A stretch of 32,000 nucleotides of DNA from Horticoccus luteus (GTDB taxonomy: Bacteria > Verrucomicrobiota > Verrucomicrobiia > Opitutales > Opitutaceae). Location of the stretch: the NCBI RefSeq assembly GCF_019464535.1, contig NZ_CP080507.1, positions 3,330,001 to 3,362,000 of the forward strand, given 5' to 3'. The position numbers were made by a program, and so were the translations under genes. The notes under the pieces are model-generated. The model made no database searches. It worked only from the letters and a program-made list of their open reading frames with translations, and had not been told where the DNA came from. Every line of letters begins with the position of its first letter. The first letter of the stretch is position 1. Below are positions 24,410 to 32,000 of this stretch, piece after piece.

Positions 24410-27400
24410 TCAGGGCTTCCACTTCGTGATCGTTATGGTGGCGGCGGAGGTTTTGGCGGAGGGGTCGAGGAGGACGTCGTAGCCGAAGAGGAGGAGGTTG
24501 CCGTTGGGGACGGAGAGGGAGACGTTGGCGGCGATGGTGAGGGTGCCGTGGTTGTCGCGTTCGAAGTCGGCCATGAGGGCCAGGCGGTTGCCGGAGGACA
24601 GGAGGGAGCCCTGGGTGACGGTGATGTCGCCGTAGGCCGAGAACTCGACGTTGGCCTGGCCGGCGATGGTGCCGATGCCGATCGCGAGGTTGCCGGTCGT
24701 CTGCACCAAGAGCGTGCCTTTGGAGCGCAGGGCGCCTTCGTTGAGGATGATTTCCACGGGCGTGCCGGCGCCGAAGAGCAGGTCGCCGACCTGCAGGGTG
24801 GTGGCGGCGTTCACTTCGGAGAGGGCCTGGATCAGCATGAAGCGGCCCGTGGTGTCGCGGTTGTAGTTGGCGAAGATGCTCACGGCGCCGGCGAGGGAGT
24901 TCACGCGGCCGAAGTTGGCGCCCAGGCCGCCGATGGTGACGTTTTCGCCGCCGAGGACGAGGTCGAGTTGCGCGGTGACGAGCACCGGCGCGGCGGCCCC
25001 CAGGGTGAGGTCGCCCGTGCCGTTGTGGTCGGAGTCCGCGCTCAGGGTGAGCGCGCCGGCGGGCGTTTGCAGGATCGTGCTTTGCAGGGTCACGTTGCCG
25101 GCGGAGGTAAGGCTGATGGCGCCCAGGGCGGTCAGGAGGAGGTTTTGCGCGACCACGTCGGCGGCGCTGCGGACGGTGATCCTGCCCAGGGCCTGCAACT
25201 GGCCGCGGAGGGTCAGCGTGCCGGTGACGGGCGTGGTGCCGCCGGTCGTAATCAAGAGGTCCGTGCCCGCTTTCAACTGGGTGTTATCGTTGGCGAGGGT
25301 CAGCGTGCCCTGGCCGTTGGCGTTCAGGTCGACGGTGAGGGTGATCGCGCCTTGGAGGGCGAGCAGTTCGGCGCGGTTGGTCGCGGTGCCGATCTGGATC
25401 GCTTCGCCTTGGAGGACGATGCCGCCTTGGGCGACTTGCAGGACGCTGACGGCGTTTTGGGCGATGCGGACGGCCCCGTGGTTGTCCCCGTCGGTGTCGG
25501 CGGTGAGGGTCAGCGTGCCGCTAATGCCGATCGTGAGGTTCGCGTCGATGGTGAGGTCGCCGCCGGTGCGGGCCGTGAGGTTGCCTTGGGCGCCGCTCGT
25601 GCGGACCGCGCCGTGCACGGTCAGGGTGCCGGCCGCGGCGGGCGCGGAGAACAGGACCGCGGTGCCGAAGGTGCTTTGATAGACGTCGATCGCATGGGCG
25701 CCGTCGGTGCGGCCGATCTGCACTTCGGTGAAGGCCGCGGGCACGGCGATTTCCGGAGCGAGGAGGTCGAAGCCGCCGGCCTGGCCGACGGTGATCGGTT
25801 GCGTGAGGGAGGCCGGTTGCAGGATCAGGCGGCCGGTGCCGGTGATCGAGCCGGCCGCGCCTTGCAGGTTCAGGAGGTCGGCGGTGATCGTGACGAGGCC
25901 CGTGCCGGCGAGGAGCTTGGCGCCGGTTTCCTGCGTGAAGGCGCCGGTGCCGGGGCCCGCCTGCAGGGTCAGGGGGTTGGCGCCGGTGACGGTGAGGGTC
26001 TGGTTCGCGAGGAGGACGATCGTGCCGGTGGCCTGCGGGGAGCGGATGAGGGTCGGGTTGACCAGGGTCACGGTGCCGAGGTCGATGCGGGCGGAGGAAT
26101 CGGCGCGGCCGAGGACGACCTGGCTGAAGCCGGGCGCCAAGGCTTCGAGGCTCGTCTGGGAGAGGAGGTAGGCGTAGGCGGAGGGGGTGGGCACGTTGCC
26201 CAGGCCGATCGTGGCGACGTTGGTCGCGGGTGCGGCGATGAACTGGCCGTGGTTCAAGGTGTGGATCGAGCCCGGGCCGCCGGTGAGGGTGAGCGAGCCG
26301 GAGCCGAGGACGAGGTCGCCTTGCACGGTCACGGTGGCGGCGAAGGTGAGCGCGCCGGTCGTGGTGATCGTCAGTTGCGTGAGGGGGGTTTGCGCGCCGA
26401 GGGCCTGGGCGAAGGAGACGTCGCCGGAGCCGGCGTCGATCGTCAGGGCGTAGGCGCCGTCGATGGTCTGGTCGAAGGTCACGTCGCCGCCGGAGGTCGT
26501 GATCAGGGTGTCGCGGGGCAGGACCACGTTGCCGGTGAAGTGGAGGTTTTCGCCGTGGGTGACGAGGTCTTCGTCGAGGGTGACCGCGCCGGAGGTGGAG
26601 ATGTTCAGGTCGCCGCCGCCGGCGTGGGCGGTGTCGTATTTGACTTTGCCGGTGCCGATGACGGTCAGGCTGATGTCGCCGGTGCCGCCGGCGTCGACGT
26701 TGACTACATGGAGGTTGCCTTGGTCGAGGCTGAGCGCGATGTCGCCGTCTTGGGTGGTGGCGTCGGTGACGAGGAGCGTGCCGCCGGCCTGGCTGTAGGC
26801 GATGGCACCGGTGCCGGTGGCGAGGTGGGTGACGGTGACGTCGGTCGTGAGGAGGTTGCGCAGGCGGATGTCGCCGGTCGTCGAGGTGGCGGAGAGCGTG
26901 GGGACGGCGACGACGACGGGGTCGAGGGTGCCGATGCCGGTGCCGGCTTGGAGCGTCAAGAGGGCGGCGGTGAACTGGGTGCCGGTCGAGGCGCGTTCGA
27001 GGCGGCCGGCGGCGGTGGCGGTGATCGTGTCGTTCTCGGCGAGGACGGTGCCCACGAGGAGGTCGGCGCCGGCGGTGAGGGTGATGTCCGCGGTGCCGCC
27101 CGCCGTGAGGGCGGTGGCGGTCAGGGTGCCGGCGGTCGTCAGCGTGATCGCGCCGTCGGTCGTGGTCGCGGTGACGGTCAGGTTGCCGGTGTCGGCGAGG
27201 ACCAGGGTGCCGGGGCCGGAGATCGCGGCGTCGAGGGTGCCAAGGGTCGTGTTGAGGTCGTTGGCGGCGGTGCCGAGGGAACCCACGCTGCGGAGCGTGG
27301 CGGCGGCGCCGAGGAGGTTCGGGGCTTCGGTGGCCAGGTTGTCGGTCAGGTCCGCGCCGGTCGTGAGCACCATGGCGCCGGTGCCGGCGTCGATGATCGA

Positions 27401-30400
27401 GACCGCAAGGCGTTGCGCGGCGGTGACGGTGAGCAGGCCGCCGGCGGAGGCGAGGCGCGAACCGGAGTCCATCGTGATGGCGCCGGTGGCGGTGTGCAGC
27501 GTGAGGGTGCCGCCGGTCGTCGCGATCGTCGCGGCGGAGGAGAGCGTGATCGCGGCGGGCGCGTCCAGGAGGATCGGGCCGGTGCCGGAGCGGACGCCGG
27601 CGTTGACTTGGAGATTCGAGGCGGCGCCACCGGGCAGGAGCGTGATCGCACCGGTGCCGGCGGCGGAGAGGGCGAGGCCGTCGGCGTCGGCGCCGTCGTT
27701 GAGCGTGAGGGTGCCGTTGGTTGTGCGCAGCGTGATGGCCCCGTTCGCGGTCGTGGTGAGGTCGGCGAGGGAGGGTTCGGTGACGGTCGTCGTCGTGAAG
27801 TTGGCGTTCACCTTGGCGAGGGCGAAGGTCACCGTGTCGATCGTCAGCGCGGTCGCGTTGAGGATGTTCAGGCCGCCGCTGCCGGCGGTGCCGGCGAGGA
27901 GCGCCGTCGCCAGGGTGAGCGGGGTCGCGGCGGTGCCGGCGCCGGTGCCGGCTTCCAGGCGGACCGCGGTGGCGGTGAGGTTCGCGGCGGCGGTGCCGGC
28001 GGTGTTGTCCAGGATCGAGGCGCCGGAGCGGATCAGGATGCGGCCGGTCGTCGCCCGGACTTGCGCGAGGCGCACGTCGGCGCCGGCGAGGAGGCGGAGG
28101 GAGCCCGCGGTCGTCGTGAGGGTCGAGGTGGCCGCGAGGGTCAGGGCTCCGGTCGTCGCTTCGAGGTCGAGGTCGCCGGCCGTTTGCACGGCCACGGTCG
28201 CGGCGGTGGTGAGGTCATGGCCGGCGAGGAGCGTGATCGCGCCCGTCGCGGAGATGACGTCGGCGTTGAGCAGGAGGTCGCTCGTCGCGCCGCCGGCCGA
28301 GAGGAGGATCCGGCCGGTGCCGGCCGCGCTGACCGCGGTGTGATTGGCGTTGCCCCCGTCGTTCAGGGTCAGCGTGCCGTTGAGGGTGCGCAGCGCGATC
28401 GAGCCGTTCGCGGTGGTCGTGAGGTCGGAGAGGGTTTCGGCGGTGAGTGCGGTGGACGTGAAGTCGGCGGCGACGGCGCGCACGGTGATGCTGACGTTCG
28501 TGATCGTGAGGGCGTTGTCTTCGACGAGGCTGATGCCGGCGGAGCCGGCGCTGGCGGCCAGGGTGTCGAGGCCGACTTCGAGGGGGTTCGTGGACGTGCC
28601 GATACCCGTGCCGGCGACCAGGCGCGCGGCGCTGGCGCTGATGTCTTGATAGGTGTCGCCGCCGTCGAGGATCGAGCCGGCGGTCGCCGTGAGCGTGACT
28701 GAACCCGTGCCGGCTTGGATGCCGCCGAGCGTGATGTCGGTCGCGGCAAGGAGGCGGACGTTGCCGCCCGACGTGGCGATTTGCGCGTTGTCGGCGAAGA
28801 GGATGGCACCCGCGCTGGCCACGAGGTTCACGTCGCCGCCAGTGGTTTTGATGTCGGCGGTCGTGGTGAAGGTGAGGTTCGTCGCGCCGAGGAGTGTGAT
28901 GTCGCCGCTGCCGCTGAGGATGTCCGCGTTCGCGGTGACGTTCGCGGCGGAGAAGTAAACGTTGCCGCTGCCGTTCGCGCTGACCGCCGTGTTGTTGGCG
29001 AAGCCGTCGTTCAGCGTGAGGTCGCCGGCGATAATCGTGAGAGCGATCGAGCCGTTCGCGGTGGTCGTGAGGTCGGAGAGGGTTTCGGCGGTGAGCGCGG
29101 TGGACGTGAAGTCGGCCGCGACGGCGCGCACCGTGACCGACACGTTGGTGATCGTGAGGGCGTTGTCTTCGACGAGGCTGATGCCGGCGCTGCCGGCGCT
29201 GGCGGCGAGCGTGTCGAGGCCGACTTCGAGCGGGTTCGTCGCGGTGCCGATGCCGGTGCCGGCAACCAGGCGGGCGGCGCTGGCGCTGATGTCTTGATAC
29301 GTGTCGCCGCCGTCGAGGATCGAGCCCGCGGTGGCGGTCAGGGTGACGGAGCCGGTGCCGGCTTGGATGCCGCCGAGCGTGATGTCGGTCGCGGCGAGGA
29401 GGCGGACGTTGCCGCCCGACGTGGCGATTTGCGCGTTGTCGGCGAAGTGGATCGCACCCGCGGTGGCCACGAGGTTCACGTCGCCGCCGGTCGTCTTGAT
29501 GTCGGCGGTCGCGTTGAAGGTGAGGTTCGTTGCGCCGAGGAGCGTGATGTCGCCGCTGCCGCTGAGGATGTCCGCGTTCGCGGTGACGTTCGCGGCGGAG
29601 AAGTAAACGTTGCCGCTGCCGTTCGCGCTGACCGCCGTGTTGTTGGCGAAGCCGTCGTTCAGCGTGAGGTCGCCGGCGATAATCGTGAGAGCGATCGAGC
29701 CGTTCGCGGTCGTCGTGAGGTCGGAGAGGGTTTCAGCGGTGAGTGCGGTGGAGGTGAAGTCGGCCGCGACGGCGCGCACGGTGATGCTGACGTTGGTAAT
29801 CGTGAGGGCGTTGTCTTCGAGGAGGCTGATGCCGGCGCTGCCTGCGCTGGCGGCGAGCGTGTCGAGGCCGACTTCGAGCGGGTTCGTCGCGGTGCCGATG
29901 CCGGTGCCGGCAACCAGGCGGGCGGCGGACGCGCTGATGTCTTGATACGTGTCGCCGCCGTCGAGGATCGAGCCCGCGGTCGCAGTCAACGTGACTGAAC
30001 CCGTGCCGGCTTGGATGCCGCCCAAGGTGATGTCGGTCGCGGCGAGGAGGCGGACGTTGCCGCCCGACGTGGCGATTTGCGCGTTGTCGGCGAAGTGGAT
30101 CGCCCCCACCCCGGCCACGAGGTTCACGTCGCCGCCGGTGGTTTTGACGTCGGCGGTCGCGTTGAAGGTGAGGTTCGTCGCGCCGAGGAGTGTGATGTCG
30201 CCGCTGCCGCTGAGGATATCGGCGTTCGCGGTGAGGTTCGCGGCGGAGAAGTAAACATTGCCGGTGCCGTTCGCGCTGACCGCGGTGTTGTTGGCGAAGC
30301 CGTCGTTCAGCGTGAGGTCGCCCGCGATGATCGTGAGGGCGATGGAGCCGTTCGCGGTCGTCGTGAGGTCGGAGAGGGTTTCGGCGGTGAGTGCGGTGGA

Positions 30401-32000
30401 CGTGAAGTCGGCCGCAACGGCGCGCACGGTGACCGACACGTTCGTGATCGTGAGCGCGTTGTCTTCGAGGAGGCTGATGCCGGCGCTGCCTGCGCTGGCG
30501 GCGAGCGTGTCGAGGCCGACTTCGAGCGGGTTGGTCGCGGTGCCGATGCCCGTGCCGGCAACCAGGCGAGCGGCGGACGCGCTGATGTCTTGATAGGTGT
30601 CGCCGCCGTCGAGGATCGAGCCCGCGGTGGCGGTCAAGGTGACGGAACCCGTGCCGGCTTGGATGCCGCCCAAGGTGATGTCGGTCGCGGCGAGCAAGCG
30701 GACGTTGCCGTTGGAGGTCGCGACTTGCGCGTTGTCGGCGAAGTGGATCGCACCGGCGCTGGCGACCAAGTTCACGTCGCCGCCGGTGGTCTTGACGTCG
30801 GCGGTCGTGGTGAACGTGAGGTTCGTGGCACCGAGGAGCGTGATGTCGCCGCTGCCAGAGAGGATGTCGGCGTTCGCGGTGACGTTCGCGGCGGAGAAGT
30901 AAACGTTGCCGGTGCCGTTCGCGCTGACCGCGGTGTTATTCACGAAGCCGTCGTTCAGGGTGAGGTCGCCGGCGATGATCGTCAGGGCGATGGAGCCGTT
31001 CGCCGTCGTCGTGAGGTCGGAGAGGGTTTCGGCGGTGAGTGCGGTGGAGGTGAAGTCGGCCGCGACGGCGCGCACGGTGATGCTGACGTTGGTGATCGTG
31101 AGCGCGTTGTCTTCGACGAGGCTGATGCCGGCGCTGCCGGCGCTGGCGGCCAGGGTGTCGAGGCCGACTTCGAGGGGGTTCGTGGACGTGCCGATGCCGG
31201 TGCCAGCAACGAGGCGCGCGGCGCTGGCACTGATGTCTTGATACGTGTCCCCGCCGTCGAGGATCGAGCCGGCGGTGGCGGTCAACGTCACGGAGCCGGT
31301 GCCGGCTTGGATGCCGCCGAGCGTGATGTCGGTCGCGGCGAGGAGGCGGACGTTGCCGCCCGACGTGGCGATTTGCGCGTTGTCGGCGAAGAGGATCGCG
31401 CCCGCGGTGGCCACGAGGTTCACGTCGCCGCCGGTGGTTTTGACGTCGGCGGTCGCGTTGAAGGTGAGGTTCGTCGCGCCGAGGAGTGTGATGTCGCCGC
31501 TGCCGCTGAGGATGTCGGCGTTCGCGGTGAGGTTCGCGGCGGAGAAGTAAACGTTGCCGCTGCCGTTCGCGTTGACCGCGGTGTTGTTGGCGAAGCCGTC
31601 GTTCAGGGTGAGGTCGCCGGCGATGATCGTCAGGGCGATGGAGCCGTTCGCGGTCGTCGTGAGGTCGGAGAGGGTTTCGGCGGTGAGCACGGCGGACGTG
31701 AAGTCGGCGGCGACGGCGCGCACGGTGACGCTGACGTTGGTGATCGTGAGGGCGTTGTCTTCGAGGAGGCTGATGCCCGCGGAACCGGCGCTGGCGGCCA
31801 GGGTGTCGAGGCCGACTTCGAGCGGGTTCGTCGCGGTGCCGATGCCGGTGCCGGCGACCAGGCGCGCGGCGGACGCGCTGATGTCTTGATACGTGTCGCC
31901 GCCGTCGAGGATCGAGCCCGCGGTCGCAGTCAACGTGACGGAACCGGTGCCGGCTTGGAGGCCGCCCAAGGTGATGTCGGTCGCGGCGAGGAGGCGGACG
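24410..32000 (-). CDS. C-terminal ~2,530 aa of a giant beta-helix repeat exoprotein (filamentous hemagglutinin/adhesin-like); the 5' end lies beyond the window
   Basis: The frame is open from the window edge to the TGA at 24410-24412. The first 'M' in the ORF track is a TTG Leu inside the repeat. Composition is dominated by G/T/A/L/N/S/D with short strand-turn motifs (GGDVNLVATAGAI.., GNVRLLAATDITLGG.., GDLTLNDG..). There are no Cys and almost no charged or aromatic residues, as in secreted beta-helical adhesins. The N-terminal secretion domain is not visible. Confidence 0.9.
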   Translation of the reverse strand, partial: VRLLAATDITLGGLQAGTGSVTLTATAGSILDGGDTYQDISASAARLVAGTGIGTATNPLEVGLDTLAASAGSAGISLLEDNALTITNVSVTVRAVAADFTSAVLTAETLSDLTTTANGSIALTIIAGDLTLNDGFANNTAVNANGSGNVYFSAANLTANADILSGSGDITLLGATNLTFNATADVKTTGGDVNLVATAGAILFADNAQIATSGGNVRLLAATDITLGGIQAGTGSVTLTATAGSILDGGDTYQDISASAARLVAGTGIGTSTNPLEVGLDTLAASAGSAGISLVEDNALTITNVSITVRAVAADFTSTALTAETLSDLTTTANGSIALTIIAGDLTLNDGFVNNTAVSANGTGNVYFSAANVTANADILSGSGDITLLGATNLTFTTTADVKTTGGDVNLVASAGAIHFADNAQVATSNGNVRLLAATDITLGGIQAGTGSVTLTATAGSILDGGDTYQDISASAARLVAGTGIGTATNPLEVGLDTLAASAGSAGISLLEDNALTITNVSVTVRAVAADFTSTALTAETLSDLTTTANGSIALTIIAGDLTLNDGFANNTAVSANGTGNVYFSAANLTANADILSGSGDITLLGATNLTFNATADVKTTGGDVNLVAGVGAIHFADNAQIATSGGNVRLLAATDITLGGIQAGTGSVTLTATAGSILDGGDTYQDISASAARLVAGTGIGTATNPLEVGLDTLAASAGSAGISLLEDNALTITNVSITVRAVAADFTSTALTAETLSDLTTTANGSIALTIIAGDLTLNDGFANNTAVSANGSGNVYFSAANVTANADILSGSGDITLLGATNLTFNATADIKTTGGDVNLVATAGAIHFADNAQIATSGGNVRLLAATDITLGGIQAGTGSVTLTATAGSILDGGDTYQDISASAARLVAGTGIGTATNPLEVGLDTLAASAGSAGISLVEDNALTITNVSVTVRAVAADFTSTALTAETLSDLTTTANGSIALTIIAGDLTLNDGFANNTAVSANGSGNVYFSAANVTANADILSGSGDITLLGATNLTFTTTADIKTTGGDVNLVASAGAILFADNAQIATSGGNVRLLAATDITLGGIQAGTGSVTLTATAGSILDGGDTYQDISASAARLVAGTGIGTSTNPLEVGLDTLAASAGSAGISLVEDNALTITNVSITVRAVAADFTSTALTAETLSDLTTTANGSIALRTLNGTLTLNDGGNANHTAVSAAGTGRILLSAGGATSDLLLNADVISATGAITLLAGHDLTTAATVAVQTAGDLDLEATTGALTLAATSTLTTTAGSLRLLAGADVRLAQVRATTGRILIRSGASILDNTAGTAAANLTATAVRLEAGTGAGTAATPLTLATALLAGTAGSGGLNILNATALTIDTVTFALAKVNANFTTTTVTEPSLADLTTTANGAITLRTTNGTLTLNDGADADGLALSAAGTGAITLLPGGAASNLQVNAGVRSGTGPILLDAPAAITLSSAATIATTGGTLTLHTATGAITMDSGSRLASAGGLLTVTAAQRLAVSIIDAGTGAMVLTTGADLTDNLATEAPNLLGAAATLRSVGSLGTAANDLNTTLGTLDAAISGPGTLVLADTGNLTVTATTTDGAITLTTAGTLTATALTAGGTADITLTAGADLLVGTVLAENDTITATAAGRLERASTGTQFTAALLTLQAGTGIGTLDPVVVAVPTLSATSTTGDIRLRNLLTTDVTVTHLATGTGAIAYSQAGGTLLVTDATTQDGDIALSLDQGNLHVVNVDAGGTGDISLTVIGTGKVKYDTAHAGGGDLNISTSGAVTLDEDLVTHGENLHFTGNVVLPRDTLITTSGGDVTFDQTIDGAYALTIDAGSGDVSFAQALGAQTPLTQLTITTTGALTFAATVTVQGDLVLGSGSLTLTGGPGSIHTLNHGQFIAAPATNVATIGLGNVPTPSAYAYLLSQTSLEALAPGFSQVVLGRADSSARIDLGTVTLVNPTLIRSPQATGTIVLLANQTLTVTGANPLTLQAGPGTGAFTQETGAKLLAGTGLVTITADLLNLQGAAGSITGTGRLILQPASLTQPITVGQAGGFDLLAPEIAVPAAFTEVQIGRTDGAHAIDVYQSTFGTAVLFSAPAAAGTLTVHGAVRTSGAQGNLTARTGGDLTIDANLTIGISGTLTLTADTDGDNHGAVRIAQNAVSVLQVAQGGIVLQGEAIQIGTATNRAELLALQGAITLTVDLNANGQGTLTLANDNTQLKAGTDLLITTGGTTPVTGTLTLRGQLQALGRITVRSAADVVAQNLLLTALGAISLTSAGNVTLQSTILQTPAGALTLSADSDHNGTGDLTLGAAAPVLVTAQLDLVLGGENVTIGGLGANFGRVNSLAGAVSIFANYNRDTTGRFMLIQALSEVNAATTLQVGDLLFGAGTPVEIILNEGALRSKGTLLVQTTGNLAIGIGTIAGQANVEFSAYGDITVTQGSLLSSGNRLALMADFERDNHGTLTIAANVSLSVPNGNLLLFGYDVLLDPSAKTSAATITITKWKP
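28395..32000 (-). repeat. Tandem array of a 648-bp (216-aa) coding repeat, about 5.5 copies in the window and continuing past the edge
   Basis: There is exact 648-nt periodicity. Antisense pseudo-ORFs recur at 28653/29301/29949/30597/31245 and at 28962/29610/30258/30906/31554. Protein units run from GIQAGTGSVTLTATAGSILDGG... to ...GNVRLLAATDITLG, and only about 18 of 216 columns vary. Confidence 0.92.

Noticed and set aside
24362-28702. 1446-aa plus-strand ORF rich in G/E/R/A/V
   Set aside because: It is the antisense frame of the giant minus-strand gene. Extreme GC content and repeat composition suppress stop codons. The product is low-complexity (GGGG, EGE, RGR runs) with no protein-like pattern, whereas the minus strand gives a coherent beta-helix repeat protein.
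28344-31889. Regular series of 101-aa and 111-aa plus-strand ORFs, and 82-84-aa minus-strand ORFs, recurring every 648 bp
   Set aside because: These are shadow frames of the 648-bp coding repeat, not independent genes. Their periodicity merely reports the tandem array.
28395-32000. Possible CRISPR array or satellite, because of the strict periodicity
   Set aside because: The period is 648 bp with no short-repeat/unique-spacer alternation. The whole region is one continuous ORF under amino-acid-level conservation.
24410-32000. Calling the giant protein a classical (type Va) autotransporter or an RTX toxin
   Set aside because: The C-terminal ~300 aa show no beta-barrel translocator pattern (no alternating aromatic strands, no terminal F/W). 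There are no GGxGxD nonapeptide runs. The family is left as a generic beta-helical adhesin-like protein.

Overview
GC-rich window from a diderm (outer-membrane) bacterium. I cannot assign the lineage without a database search. It splits into three parts.

(1) 1-15.8 kb is a housekeeping block, almost all on the minus strand. It holds tRNA-Arg(CCT), a sodium:solute symporter, tRNA-Pro(CGG), an HTH-MBL hydrolase, pyrE, htrA, prs, lpxD, skp, bamA, dnaB, rplI, ssb, rpsF, pth, rplY and tRNA-Asn(GTT).

(2) 15.8-24.4 kb, directly after tRNA-Asn, is an accessory and partly decayed region.
- A FixH/YtkA-like protein, a di-heme cytochrome c peroxidase and a serine hydrolase form one operon.
- An AraC regulator sits divergent to a secreted DJ-1/PfpI protein plus an ICMT-family methyltransferase.
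- A membrane-protein gene is broken by a 5-bp tandem duplication.
- A 56-aa CxC-rich ORF, missing from the ORF track, is followed by a terminator.
- Next comes an ECF sigma factor with a cysteine-rich tail (CorE-like), then a truncated and frameshifted methyltransferase.

(3) 24.4-32.0 kb is the 3' 7.6 kb of a giant beta-helix/adhesin-like gene. It runs off the window and contains at least 5.5 near-identical 648-bp (216-aa) tandem units.

The candidates I consider most worth a second look are:
- the CxC peptide paired with the CorE-like sigma factor, possibly a metal-responsive module;
- an 82-bp promoter/operator module duplicated exactly 3997 bp apart, upstream of two different operons;
- the structure of the giant repeat gene.

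I found no CRISPR array, integrase, transposase or recognisable defence system. All coordinates were counted by hand and may be off by a few nt. All family calls come from motif recognition, not searches.
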